Assembly: GCA_030599585.1 (NCBI GenBank)
Contig: JAUVNS010000003.1
Coordinates: 224,001 to 288,000 of the forward strand
Direction: 5' to 3'
Length of the DNA stretch: 64,000 nucleotides
DNA from: Promethearchaeota archaeon
GTDB taxonomy: Archaea > Asgardarchaeota > Lokiarchaeia > Sigyniarchaeales > SOKP01
How positions within the stretch are numbered: position 1 is the stretch's first letter; each line of letters begins with the position of its first letter. Under the pieces are notes generated by a model. It saw nothing but the letters and a program-made list of their open reading frames with translations, was not told the origin of the DNA and searched no databases. Shown one piece after another: positions 38,467-49,228 of this stretch. The position numbers and the translations under genes are program-made.

Positions 38467-39885
38467 TCATTTTTCTTCAAAAATTTCACATAAATCATCG
38501 TGAATAATTTTGATGGCGTCTTCGATGCTTTCCCTCTTTATGACTAAAGAAAGGTTCATTTCCTCAGTGCTTTGAGTTATAGCTTTTACCCGTACCTTTT
38601 TCTTTTCTAAAGCTTGAAAAATCATCACTTTTGTCAAATTTTCTAAGACCTTAAAACCGGTAACATTTATTATTGCGACTTCTTCAGATTTAATTTCAAA
38701 AAAGTCTGTAAAGTAACCTGCGTTTTTTAACGCTTCTACTGCTCTGATGGAATCTGCTTCTTTTACGATAAATGATGTGCTAATTTCCGAAGCACTTTGA
38801 GCAACTAAGGAAACACTAATTCTATTTTTGCTCATAACTTTAAATATTTTAGCTAAAACGCCAGGTACATCAACTAAACTCCCTGAAGATACAGTTATTA
38901 TTACTGCGTCCTCAACAGTGGAAATACCTTTGATTTCATTTTTATCAGTCACAGCAGATATTGTAGTAAATTCAACTCTCTCAAGAGGTTTGTTGAAATT
39001 TCTCAGTTCAAGTGGAATCTTTTCATTTTCAATTGCTTCAAGACATTTCGGGTGGAGTATTTTTGCGCCAAAATTCGCTATGTGTTTTGCTTCTTTGTAG
39101 TCTAAATGTTTTATGAGCATTGATTTTGAGACATATTTTGGATTTATGGCTAGCAAACCGTCTACATCTTTCCATAAAATTACTTTTATGTTCTTATCGT
39201 TCGCAACTTCGTATATCGAATGTGCAAGAATAGTTGCGGTATAATCCGAGCCCCCTCTCCCGAAAGTGGTTGTGTATCCAATTTTATTTCTCCCTATGAA
39301 ACCAGTAATAGAGATTATTATATCTTTTTTAGTGTTCTCTAGTAAAGGAATTATTAATTTTTTTACACGTACATTAGTAAATTCGTAGAAAGGATACGCG
39401 TTGTTAAACTCATCATTTGTTATAATCACTTTGTTTGCGGGAATGTAAACCGATTCTAACCCTTTACTTAAGATATATTGGTTCAGGATGTATGTAGATA
39501 AAACCTCGCCAAAGCTCAGGACATAATCTTTGTAATACGGTTCTAATCCGAACTCTTTAATATCTTCTAAAGTGTCTTCCAATTCACTAAGTCTTTTATC
39601 AACCCAAACTTTCGCTTTAACATAATGCTCAGTATCTTCGTCGAATATTTGTTCAATAGTATTAATATGTTTACTCTCCAAGATAGCAATATTATCATCA
39701 AGAATTTTTGAATTGGAAACATTCAGTGCTGTATTCAATAACAAATCCGTTATTCCATTGAATGCTGAAGCCACAATTATTTTTTTGTCATTCTTATAAA
39801 TGTCTAGTATTTCGAGAATTTTCTTGAAAGCATTCTTATCAATTAAACAGCTTCCACCAAATTTCATAATAACAATTGGAGTCAT
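38467..39885 (-). CDS. lysC: Aspartate kinase
   Basis: MKFGGS, GRGGSDYTA, KDVDG, FGAKILHP, two ACT domains. Confidence 0.92.
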   Translation of the reverse strand: MTPIVIMKFGGSCLIDKNAFKKILEILDIYKNDKKIIVASAFNGITDLLLNTALNVSNSKILDDNIAILESKHINTIEQIFDEDTEHYVKAKVWVDKRLSELEDTLEDIKEFGLEPYYKDYVLSFGEVLSTYILNQYILSKGLESVYIPANKVIITNDEFNNAYPFYEFTNVRVKKLIIPLLENTKKDIIISITGFIGRNKIGYTTTFGRGGSDYTATILAHSIYEVANDKNIKVILWKDVDGLLAINPKYVSKSMLIKHLDYKEAKHIANFGAKILHPKCLEAIENEKIPLELRNFNKPLERVEFTTISAVTDKNEIKGISTVEDAVIITVSSGSLVDVPGVLAKIFKVMSKNRISVSLVAQSASEISTSFIVKEADSIRAVEALKNAGYFTDFFEIKSEEVAIINVTGFKVLENLTKVMIFQALEKKKVRVKAITQSTEEMNLSLVIKRESIEDAIKIIHDDLCEIFEEK

Positions 39886-40053
39886 AATATACGCTCATAC
39901 AATTTTATATTTGAATAATATAACTTTTTTAAATATAAAAAGAAAAAAAGTCTTATTAGTATGTTGGATTTAAGGTTCTTTATTTGAAGAATTTTTATTA
40001 AAATTCTAAAAATCTTCAAAATAAGTTAGAAAAATAAGAAATTTCAGATAAAA

Positions 40054-42105
40054 TTATCTTCCCAGTAATTTTTCAGTTTCTTTAATTTGTTCATTAATAT
40101 TTTTTTCAATCGTAGATAACTTATTCTTCTTTTCCTCAAGTTCATCTCCAGTAATTTCCCCTGTAAGTTCCTTCATGTCAAAATCTAACGACATTTTGGT
40201 AATGCTCGCTTTCTTTATTTTTAGATCCATCAAAGATTTTTCTAAACCTGCCTTTTGCGCTGCCTCGCTTACTACGGCTTTTGTTGGCACATCAGCTGTA
40301 GTTTCATGGGGCGCAACATCAGGTTGAGTCTTTACTATAGATTCTTTAGGAGGTTTGGGAGGTGTTACTTTTGGTGGAGGTTTAATTAAAGTGGTGGGGT
40401 TCACGGGCATAGGAGGTGGAATGGGTTCTTTTTGTATATCTGACGTCTTAGGTGTTGGAATTTTAGGCGTTTTCTGAATTTTGGGTGGGGTGTTCTTCAC
40501 AGGTGGTACGAATCCCGAAGGCATTTTTTTACTTACTAATTCTGTTGGTGAAATTGGTACGGGTTTTTTTGATACTGTAGGATTAGAGACGTGAGCGAAT
40601 GGTGATGTCTTCAGTTTATTTTTAGCATCTTTAGGTACTACTGTTACACTTTTTGGCCTTTGTTTCACCATAAAATCTGCGGGGTTTAAATTCAATCCTA
40701 CAGCTGGTTTATCGATTTTAGGCTGAATAAGCATCTCAGGTTCATTTAGTTTTGTGATTACTGTTTTTTTTTCTTCTATTGGTTTTGCAGGTTCTTTCAA
40801 TTCTGATTTTTTCTCAGCTACTTCTACTTTTTTAGGAATAAATTGTGAAGTGGCAGCAGGTATTTTTGGCTTCACTAACCCCTCAACTTTAGGGCTATCT
40901 GGTAAATCAGATTTTTTAAGTTTCGGTGGAGCTTCTATTGGTTTAGGAGGTGCTTCTATCGTTTTCGGTGGAGTTCCTGGTGGTTTAGGAGGTGCTTCTA
41001 TCGGTTTCGGTGGAGTTCCTGGTGGTTTAGGCGGTTCTTGAACTGGTTTTGTTTGAGGTGTTCTAGCTGCTTGAATCATGACCTTAATTTTTTGTGATTT
41101 TTCATAAAATTCCTTCCCAAGGGAATCATCTCCTAATTCAATGCATAGATCGCTTATTTGCTCAAAGTACATTGCAGCTTCCTCAAAATTTGTATTTTCT
41201 AAAGCTTTAACAGCTTTTTCTGTTAAAATATCTCTCTCTAACAATGGCTTCAATAGAGGAGAAACTTCTGCGCTCATTTCAAGTATATCAGCAATGATAG
41301 TTATCATTTTATCTCGATTTCCTGAATCCTTTGCAACCATAGAATATGTTTTTAATCCTAATATCTTCTCTATTTGTTCTGGTTTTAAAGCATCGTCTAA
41401 ATCTTGTTTATTACCAATTACGGATGTATGTGCTTGAGCGGCTTGCTCTTTTATGAGTTCTAGGAAGAATTTACTTTTTTCTATATTTTCTAAGGTAGAA
41501 TCTGTTATCAATAAAACAGCATCGCTTCCTTTAATGAAATTATTCCACAAATAGCTGAACTGTTCTTGTCCAGCAAAATCCCACAAATGAAAATGTAGTT
41601 TTCCTATTTTGATTGTAGCGATGTCACCCGTTATGGTAGGAATGTGTTCCATAGGAATTTCTTCAGCTTTGATTAGACGAGTTATTGTAGTTTTCCCTAC
41701 GCCAGAAAATCCTACTAACGATATCTTTGGTCTTAAATTCCTATGAATTGAATCGATTGTAGGGTCAAAAATCTCGAAGGTTTTCTCGTCAAACTTGTGT
41801 TGGAGTATGTCTTCAAATAAATTCAGAAACTCTTTTTTACATTTTATTAATTCTTTTTTAATATTCTCGAAATTATCTGTTAATCCAGTAACAAATAAAA
41901 ACATTAACTCTAAATCTTTTTCCGTAATGTACGATATTCTATATTTGTAATAATCGTGAAATTCTACATTCTTACCTCCTTTGGCGAAAGCATCTTGCAT
42001 TAAATCACTTACTAATGATTCAAAAGCTGCTTTCTTAAGTGCTTTTCCAAAATGACGATAATAGAGTAGTTTACCGCCTCTATAAATGTAAACTTGCCTT
42101 AGAAT
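40054..42105 (-). CDS. Longin domain + Arf-like small GTPase + helical domain + Pro-rich linker + coiled-coil
   Basis: GFSGVGKT, WDFAGQ, NKQD. The frame stays open upstream of ATG 42000 (ILRQVYIYRGGKLLYYRHF) to ATT codons at 42105/42108 behind GGTGAG. Confidence 0.8.
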   Translation of the reverse strand: MLRQVYIYRGGKLLYYRHFGKALKKAAFESLVSDLMQDAFAKGGKNVEFHDYYKYRISYITEKDLELMFLFVTGLTDNFENIKKELIKCKKEFLNLFEDILQHKFDEKTFEIFDPTIDSIHRNLRPKISLVGFSGVGKTTITRLIKAEEIPMEHIPTITGDIATIKIGKLHFHLWDFAGQEQFSYLWNNFIKGSDAVLLITDSTLENIEKSKFFLELIKEQAAQAHTSVIGNKQDLDDALKPEQIEKILGLKTYSMVAKDSGNRDKMITIIADILEMSAEVSPLLKPLLERDILTEKAVKALENTNFEEAAMYFEQISDLCIELGDDSLGKEFYEKSQKIKVMIQAARTPQTKPVQEPPKPPGTPPKPIEAPPKPPGTPPKTIEAPPKPIEAPPKLKKSDLPDSPKVEGLVKPKIPAATSQFIPKKVEVAEKKSELKEPAKPIEEKKTVITKLNEPEMLIQPKIDKPAVGLNLNPADFMVKQRPKSVTVVPKDAKNKLKTSPFAHVSNPTVSKKPVPISPTELVSKKMPSGFVPPVKNTPPKIQKTPKIPTPKTSDIQKEPIPPPMPVNPTTLIKPPPKVTPPKPPKESIVKTQPDVAPHETTADVPTKAVVSEAAQKAGLEKSLMDLKIKKASITKMSLDFDMKELTGEITGDELEEKKNKLSTIEKNINEQIKETEKLLGR
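40921..41035. repeat. 21-nt-unit coding tandem repeat (PPKPIEA/PPKPPGT)
   Basis: About 5.5 units; ggtggagttcctggtggtttagg and ggaggtgcttctatcg each occur twice. Confidence 0.85.
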
Positions 42106-42151
42106 AATTTCTCACCTTACAATAGATTGTCTTATATTTTAAATTCTTAAT

Positions 42152-42646
42152 TTATTGCATTGCTATGAATTTTACCAAATCTTTTATTATTTTATATTTT
42201 TTATCGCTACCTGTCTTTTCTTTGAAGGTATCTTCAATTTTTTTAATTTCTTTTGAAAAATCGAATAATGAAAACTCAGTAATTTCTCGTTCTTTATACT
42301 TCTTGTTTAATTTCTTCAAGAACACAGATATGGAGGGCATATACTTAGCTAAATTCATATTTAAACCTAACTTGGAGATCAAAATTAATTCATCACTAAA
42401 TGTAAACAAGTAATTATACTCTTGAGCTTCTAATGCAAATGAATTTATCTTACTTAGTTTTAGTTCATTCGCAATGTCTTTAGAGTTAGAGATAAGTGAG
42501 AGAATCTTGTGGGGGATAACTTTTCCTTTAAAAAACTCTTTTATGTTTGAGGCTAATACAATCCCATATATATTCGCTATTGCGCATTCAGAATTTAGCT
42601 CTGTTTTCAGCTGTGAGATGATTTCATCGTAGTTAATTTGTTTCAT
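42152..42646 (-). CDS. Roadblock/LC7-like domain protein
   Basis: Helix followed by CAIANIYGIVLASNI beta-hairpin, helix and three strands; directly upstream of the GTPase. Confidence 0.6.
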   Translation of the reverse strand: MKQINYDEIISQLKTELNSECAIANIYGIVLASNIKEFFKGKVIPHKILSLISNSKDIANELKLSKINSFALEAQEYNYLFTFSDELILISKLGLNMNLAKYMPSISVFLKKLNKKYKEREITEFSLFDFSKEIKKIEDTFKEKTGSDKKYKIIKDLVKFIAMQ

Positions 42647-42757
42647 AATTCGATATTTAAAATTTCTGAGTAATTAATAAAGTCGAATTTATTTATATTT
42701 AATTAAATCAATATCTCAAGATTTAAGATCTGGTAATGGATATAATTTAACATAACA

Positions 42758-43546
42758 TTGAAAATATATAAACACCATTTTTTAGAACAAGAATCTGATG
42801 TTACTATAATCTCTGAATCAAAAATTGCTATAAGAGAAGCAAAAAAAAGTCTTGTAAATAATCGTATAATCTTAGAAAAATACCTAAAAAAAAATAATAA
42901 GTTTCTCACATCTTTTTTGCCAATAAGGATAACCACCGAGTTTGAAATTATCAATTTAATGAGTGAAGCCTCAGTATTATGTGATGTTGGACCTATGGCT
43001 GCTGTAGCGGGTGCGTTTGCTGATATTATGTTAAATAAGATGAAATTGGACGATGATCCCGAATATCTTTCTGCAAAGATTGCGTTAGTTGAAAATGGAG
43101 GAGAAATTGCAGTTGACTCTGAGGAAGATATGAAAATCGCCTTATTTGCAGGGTACAACGAGTTAAACTTAAATATTGGTTTTTTAATTGAAAAAAAAAC
43201 CGGGCTTCTTGGAATTGGAACGAGTTCTGCAACCATAGGGCACGCTATTAGTTTAGGTCAAGCAGATGCCGTAACCATATTTGCCAGGGATGCAACTTTA
43301 GCCGATGCTGCTGCTACAAGAATAGCAAATTTAGTTAAAGGGGTTGATGTTGAGAAATCCATAAAAAACGCGTTAGATGCTGTAGAAGATATAGAAGGTG
43401 TTTATGGGGCTTTAATATCTCGAGAGAATAAAGTTGGTCAGGTAGGAAAATTACCAAAGTTTTTTAAAATTGAAGGAAATAAAAATCTCGTGTTAAAAGA
43501 TAAATTTGATGGCGTATTCCCTGGAAAATACGACATTCTTAAATAA
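42758..43546 (+). CDS. UPF0280 (ApbE-like) protein
   Basis: VGPMAAVAGA, VENGGEI, GTSSATIGHAISLGQADA, ADAAAT. Confidence 0.88.
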   Translation: MKIYKHHFLEQESDVTIISESKIAIREAKKSLVNNRIILEKYLKKNNKFLTSFLPIRITTEFEIINLMSEASVLCDVGPMAAVAGAFADIMLNKMKLDDDPEYLSAKIALVENGGEIAVDSEEDMKIALFAGYNELNLNIGFLIEKKTGLLGIGTSSATIGHAISLGQADAVTIFARDATLADAAATRIANLVKGVDVEKSIKNALDAVEDIEGVYGALISRENKVGQVGKLPKFFKIEGNKNLVLKDKFDGVFPGKYDILK

Positions 43547-45842
43547 CCCAATAATATGGAAGACTTTCACCGTTTTCTTTTTTAACTGAGAAAATCCTGT
43601 TTAAGTAATTTAATCTGTAATAGCTTTCGTATTGTTCTTCAGTTAGTTCCCCGAAGAATTCCATTTCACCGGTTGTTAAATAATTTTTAGTTAAAAGGAT
43701 GAACACATCCATATTTTTGTGTTCTTTCAACTCCTGTAAAATATTCGTTCCATTATCGTAGAAATGATTATCAGGTACAATTAAGATATTATTGAAGGTG
43801 ATAAAGTCCTGAGTTGTCGCGATAGGAAGAGAACTGTTTTTCTCTTCGTATGGATAATCAAAATAGAGAAAGACGGGATTCCACCCAAATTCTAATACTA
43901 ACAAATTTCTATCTTCAGAGTTTTGTAAATACCATTGCACTGCGGTTAATTCGTTGCTATTAATACTAAAAAAGTCTATAGATGAGAAAAGCTCTAAATA
44001 TGAAGCTGTAGCAGAAAAACTCACAAAGAAAAGAAAAAATAGTTTAATTTGTAATTTTTTAATCTTCCCTGTTTTTATCAATTTATACACATACGAAAGA
44101 AACCCAATTGCGATAATGGGTGAGGCAATGTAAAACAATCTTGAGATGAAACTTAATGAGCCTCGAAGCACATCAGAAAGAAGACCTGCTAAAATTATAA
44201 TGACAAAAGACAATAACCATAAGAATAACGGTTTTCCTTTGGCTTTATTTTGAAATATTACGAGTCCCCATATTGCAAATATGATTATGATAATGACTTC
44301 GAATCCTACAAAAATGGTAATTAAATTTAGGTTCAACCATAATAGGTTAGCAATAAAAAATCCCACAGTAAAGACTAAAGTCACTACGAAAACTAAGGGG
44401 ATAAAATACTTCTCAATTATTGTATAAACTTTTAATTTTTTTCCTATTAAAATTAAATTAAAACGTCCTTTTTCAAACTTGATTTGAGCTCTTAAGAAGA
44501 AGATTAAAATTCCTCCTATAATTGTAATCGAAATCCCCCCTAATAACAGGTAAATCCCGGGTAAAGTGAAAACGGAGTTGAATACTCTCAGATGCCCAGT
44601 ACTTATGTTCGATATGAATAAAATTAGAAAAACAACGAAGAGTATAACACATAGCATAAAATCGAAACCACGTTTAAAGTCTCTAACTAAGTATATAAGG
44701 TAAATCCAAGTAAAAGAGACAAGAAATATTAATGCTATTAGAGAGTGGGAGAGATATAGCGCAATAAAAACTATAGAGACATATAGGTAAGTGAAAGGTA
44801 AATTAGATAAAATGCTTTTCCAAGAAGGTCTCTCTACTTTAATAAAATTTCTTAGTCTAACATATAACAGAAAAAAAATTGTTAATCCTTGAATAAACAC
44901 TATACTGGAAGGCCAATATTGAAATGTTAAATTAATGAAACCTAATGTAGTGATTAACAAGATGAAAATGCCAAATATCGCTAGAGATTTATTTGAAAAT
45001 ACTCTCATTATGATGTTATACACGATTAGAGATGTTAAAGGGATAGTAAACAATACAAAGCTATTAGGGATCAATAATAACTCTATACCTGAAAATAGAT
45101 GAAACACCGCACCAATTATATGAAAACCCATTGCTCCGAAATATTCGTTAAGTGGTAAAGAATTAGCATTTACTATTATTCTAATAATTAAAATATGGTA
45201 CCAAGGATCAGTTCCACCAAAAATTTCTACATTAGCAAGTAAAGCTGTGATAAGCAAAACTGCAAAGATAATTAGCAATATTCCGTTTAAGGAGAGTTTA
45301 TTTTTGATGTATTTAAAAACCTGAAAATCTTTATAGCTATCTAATGAATAGTTTTTCTTAGATATTGACGAATTAGGATTATCGATCTTGCTATTCTTAT
45401 TCAATATTACGCTTATGATCAATAGACCGAAATAGAAGCTAATTAATAGTGAAAAAAAGTAATCTATATTGAGAGCAAACCCTACACTATTTCCAAAATA
45501 TCCTGTAATAATGTAAAAACTCAAATTGATAACTATAGTTAAACAAATCTTCTCTAATGTATTAAATTTGATACTTTTATAGATTGTAAAGAAAATGGGA
45601 TACGATGGTAAAAATAAAATAATGAAAATTGAAGAAATCATAAAACAAAAGCCAAAAAATGAACCAAATAATATATTACCTTCAAAATTAAGAAGAATTT
45701 CAATTCCTATTAACTTTAATAATAAAAAGACTACAGAAATAAGTGATACGGCAAATAGATAGCAATTAAAGTGCTTACGTACGTGTAGAAGTGATTTTAT
45801 CAATCCCAACTTAAAATTGTACATAATCAAGAAGTTAATCAT
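43539..45842 (-). CDS. Polytopic membrane protein, GT-C-like
   Basis: More than 15 TM segments; GTDPWYH loop motif; at the edge of the glycan locus. Confidence 0.55.
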   Translation of the reverse strand: MINFLIMYNFKLGLIKSLLHVRKHFNCYLFAVSLISVVFLLLKLIGIEILLNFEGNILFGSFFGFCFMISSIFIILFLPSYPIFFTIYKSIKFNTLEKICLTIVINLSFYIITGYFGNSVGFALNIDYFFSLLISFYFGLLIISVILNKNSKIDNPNSSISKKNYSLDSYKDFQVFKYIKNKLSLNGILLIIFAVLLITALLANVEIFGGTDPWYHILIIRIIVNANSLPLNEYFGAMGFHIIGAVFHLFSGIELLLIPNSFVLFTIPLTSLIVYNIIMRVFSNKSLAIFGIFILLITTLGFINLTFQYWPSSIVFIQGLTIFFLLYVRLRNFIKVERPSWKSILSNLPFTYLYVSIVFIALYLSHSLIALIFLVSFTWIYLIYLVRDFKRGFDFMLCVILFVVFLILFISNISTGHLRVFNSVFTLPGIYLLLGGISITIIGGILIFFLRAQIKFEKGRFNLILIGKKLKVYTIIEKYFIPLVFVVTLVFTVGFFIANLLWLNLNLITIFVGFEVIIIIIFAIWGLVIFQNKAKGKPLFLWLLSFVIIILAGLLSDVLRGSLSFISRLFYIASPIIAIGFLSYVYKLIKTGKIKKLQIKLFFLFFVSFSATASYLELFSSIDFFSINSNELTAVQWYLQNSEDRNLLVLEFGWNPVFLYFDYPYEEKNSSLPIATTQDFITFNNILIVPDNHFYDNGTNILQELKEHKNMDVFILLTKNYLTTGEMEFFGELTEEQYESYYRLNYLNRIFSVKKENGESLPYYWVI

Positions 45843-45939
45843 TTACCATTAAACATAAGGTTTGGTTTTTGCTCTACTTGAACTTAAAAAAAAAAGTCAA
45901 ATAAGAAAAATTCTTATTAAGACTATTTTTAACAATACT

Positions 45940-46905
45940 ATGATTAAAAATAAATGTATACTGATAACTGGAGCGGCGGGCTTTATAGGTTCATCTTTAA
46001 CGGAAAGGCTCTTGAAACACGACAATCTACTTATCTTGTTAGATAATTTTAACGATTATTATCCCGGTAAAGAGAAACAATTAAACGAGATTTTGAGCGA
46101 GTACTCACAAAATAAGGATTATCGGTTAATCAAAGGGGATTTAGTTAACCCTTCAACTCTAACTAACATTAAAGACGAAATCGATTATGTATTTCATTTA
46201 GCTGCTCAAGCAGGTGTGAGATATTCTATCAACAATTCGTCAGCAGTAACATATAACAATATAGTAAGCACTGTTAATGTTTTTGAATATTCAATTAAAA
46301 TTCCATCAATACAAAAGGTAATATATGCATCATCTTCTTCAGTATACGGTAACCCCGTATATTCTCCCGTCGACGAGGAGCATCCAAAAAGTCCTATATC
46401 ACCATACGCAGTTACTAAATTATGTGGGGAAATTTATGCTGATTTGTATTATAAGGAATACAATCTTCCTATTACTTCATTAAGGTTTTACACTGTATAT
46501 GGCCCACGGGGGCGCCCTGATATGGCAATAAGAAAGTTCTTTAATTTAATGCGTCAGAATAAGGAAATACTGATTTATGGTAATGGGACTCAGAAAAGAG
46601 ATTTTACTTACATTTCTGACATAATTAATGGTTTAATCCTCGCAGGAGAGAAAGACAGCGCAAAGGGAGAAGTATTCAATTTAGGGCGTTCTTCTCCAAT
46701 CGAGGTTAATAAACTTGTCGAAAAAATGTATATCATAGCAAAAGTTCAGAAAAAAATAAGATACGTTGAAAAACAAAAAGGAGATGTTGAACTTACACAT
46801 TCTGATATAACCAAAGCTAGGAAATTATTGGGATTTTCGCCAAAAGTAAATATCGATGATGGACTAAAAAATCAACACAAATGGCAAATCTCAAATGGAT
46901 TGTAA
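45940..46905 (+). CDS. NAD-dependent nucleotide-sugar epimerase (UDP-glucuronate 4-epimerase-like)
   Basis: ITGAAGFIG, HLAAQAGVRYS, YAVTK, RFYTVYGP.GRPDMA; ATG 45940 preferred over TTG 45862. Confidence 0.88.
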   Translation: MIKNKCILITGAAGFIGSSLTERLLKHDNLLILLDNFNDYYPGKEKQLNEILSEYSQNKDYRLIKGDLVNPSTLTNIKDEIDYVFHLAAQAGVRYSINNSSAVTYNNIVSTVNVFEYSIKIPSIQKVIYASSSSVYGNPVYSPVDEEHPKSPISPYAVTKLCGEIYADLYYKEYNLPITSLRFYTVYGPRGRPDMAIRKFFNLMRQNKEILIYGNGTQKRDFTYISDIINGLILAGEKDSAKGEVFNLGRSSPIEVNKLVEKMYIIAKVQKKIRYVEKQKGDVELTHSDITKARKLLGFSPKVNIDDGLKNQHKWQISNGL

Positions 46906-47036
46906 TTTATTTATAAAACCATCCTTAAATATAGTATTTTAATTGAATTAAGTTTATATTTTATCTCATTAATATTGATTATAGCTTAGATGTAGAAAAA
47001 ACCATAAATCATATTTTAAAATGTAAGGAGCCATTT

Positions 47037-48008
47037 TTGAAAGCTTTAGAATCTAAAAATCATACGCCATCTTTAATAAAAACTTTCGAAGACTCTAGTC
47101 TGATCGATGACCCATTTCTCAATTTGTATGAATTTATTAACCAGTTTAAACCCAAAAATGACCAGATTTTAATATCAATCATTTTACCGATGTATAACGA
47201 GGAACATACAATTGGGAAGGTTTTAGGAAACTTGCCAAGAGGAAATTCAATAGAGATAATTGTAGTTGATGATCACTCTAAAGACAACAGTTTAAAAGAA
47301 ATTGAAAGGATTAACAAAAACAATGAAATTAAAGTGATTAAACACAACAAAAACCGCGGATACGGGGCTGCTATTGTTACAGGAATAAACAACGCGCGGG
47401 GTGATATACTAGTAACTATGGATTCTGATGGACAGCACAGCCCCTACGATCTCTTAGCAATGATTAAACCAATTTTAACCGACGAAGCTGACTACACAAT
47501 TGGTTCACGATATTTAGGATCCTATTTCTATAAACTCCCTGTGTCAACAAGGTTAGGTGAATTACTCATAGAAAAACTGATCCAGATATTCTTTGGTAAA
47601 AAAATAATGAATAATCAAAATGGTTTTAGAGCTTTCAATAGGAAGGTTATATCTATTTTTAAAGATTTCAAATACGAAGGATATGCCTTTTGTACTGAAC
47701 AGATAATCAAAGCTACGATTAAAGGCTTTAGAATTAAGGAATGCCCTATCAAAGTCTACGATCGAAAATATGGAAAATCGAATATCATACTAACTAAATT
47801 AACTATGAACCTCTTCTCTTGCATCCTTCAATATATTCTAGTTAGATTGAATATAACAATTTTCAAAAGATTAAGCACGGGACAGATTCAGATTTACAAA
47901 AAAGCTGTTAAAGGGCCGAAAATTTTCTCCTACGCGCGATATACCAGAGATATAAATACTGTTAACCCTGTGTTCTTTATTGAACGCAATATCAAACCTG
48001 TGTCATAA
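47037..48008 (+). CDS. GT2 glycosyltransferase, DPM1-like
   Basis: ILPMYNEE, VDDHSKD, NRGYG, MDSDGQH, IGSRY. Confidence 0.9.
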   Translation: MKALESKNHTPSLIKTFEDSSLIDDPFLNLYEFINQFKPKNDQILISIILPMYNEEHTIGKVLGNLPRGNSIEIIVVDDHSKDNSLKEIERINKNNEIKVIKHNKNRGYGAAIVTGINNARGDILVTMDSDGQHSPYDLLAMIKPILTDEADYTIGSRYLGSYFYKLPVSTRLGELLIEKLIQIFFGKKIMNNQNGFRAFNRKVISIFKDFKYEGYAFCTEQIIKATIKGFRIKECPIKVYDRKYGKSNIILTKLTMNLFSCILQYILVRLNITIFKRLSTGQIQIYKKAVKGPKIFSYARYTRDINTVNPVFFIERNIKPVS

Positions 48009-48290
48009 TTTAAGTAAAAATATTCTTTCTTTTCAATATTTATCTAGCAGGACTAAATCTTTTAAATTCAATTTTGATTCATTAATCTGATTAAAAAATT
48101 ACCCTAAATAATATGTTATCAATGAGAAGTTCCCTCCAAATTTCATTAATGGTTGGGAATAATACGAACTTACAGAATTCCTAAGCGAAAATGATATAAT
48201 TAAATTTAAATTGTATTACGCTCTTTTCTTATTAACTCATTTGTAGTATTTTCTGTTATTACTTAATCAAAACGCTCTTAAGGTTTTAAT

Positions 48291-49157
48291 TTGAAGCTGT
48301 TAAATCGCGTGAATTCTAAAAAAGCTACATTCAATAGTATTAGACCTATCTCTTCTAGAAATGCTTCAGATTTTCATGAGATGTATGAGTATTTAAATAA
48401 ACACCAAAATGCTAGAAAATCCGTTTTGTTATCCATTATATTACCTTTATATAACGAAGAAAAAACTATTCGGTCAATACTGGAGGATCTCCCTTGGGAT
48501 AAAAGTATTGAGATCATAATTATAGACGATCATTCTTCTGATAATAGCTTAAACGAAATCAGAAAAGTAGATGGATACCATAAGTTTAAAATAATCCGAC
48601 ATCTCACAAATAGAGGGTACGGCAACGCTATTATTACGGGAATGCGATATGCAACAGGGGACGTTATCGTAAGCATGGATACTGATGGACAACACAGCCC
48701 TGCTGATATATTTAATCTAATTAAACCAATTTTTGACGGAGAAGCAGATTATACGATTGGTTCACGGTATTTAGGCACTTATCATTACCGTTTACCAATA
48801 GCTACGAGACTAGGAGAAGTTTTAATCGAGAAATTTATTCAATTTTTCTTTGGAATTAAAATTATGAATAACCAAAACGGGTTTCGCGCGTTTGATAAGA
48901 AACTCATCCCACTCTTTAGTAAAGCAAAATTCCTAGGGTATGCATTTTGTACTGAACAAATTCTACAGGCAAAATTATCAGAACTTCGAATTCTTGAATG
49001 TCCTATTAAACTCTTTAACCGTGAGTATGGATATTCGAAAATTATATTAAGGAAACTAACGCTTAATATATTCGCTTGTTTACTTATTTATTATCTTAAA
49101 AAATTTCATCTAAATTTACTGAAAAAAAGGAAGACCATAAAGGGATTTCTTTGGTAA
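48291..49157 (+). CDS. GT2 glycosyltransferase, DPM1-like (paralog of the previous gene)
   Basis: ILPLYNEE, IDDHSSD, MDTDGQH, IGSRY, NNQNGFRAF. Confidence 0.9.
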   Translation: MKLLNRVNSKKATFNSIRPISSRNASDFHEMYEYLNKHQNARKSVLLSIILPLYNEEKTIRSILEDLPWDKSIEIIIIDDHSSDNSLNEIRKVDGYHKFKIIRHLTNRGYGNAIITGMRYATGDVIVSMDTDGQHSPADIFNLIKPIFDGEADYTIGSRYLGTYHYRLPIATRLGEVLIEKFIQFFFGIKIMNNQNGFRAFDKKLIPLFSKAKFLGYAFCTEQILQAKLSELRILECPIKLFNREYGYSKIILRKLTLNIFACLLIYYLKKFHLNLLKKRKTIKGFLW

Positions 49158-49228
49158 CGATTATGAGAGAATTTAGAATGGTTGAAAAGACATAATAAAA
49201 TTATATATAATAAACCCTTTAAGATAAT

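Noticed and set aside
48122-48172. ATGA followed by a hairpin between the GT2 genes as a second SECIS
   Set aside because: No correctly placed GA partner and no upstream in-frame UGA candidate.
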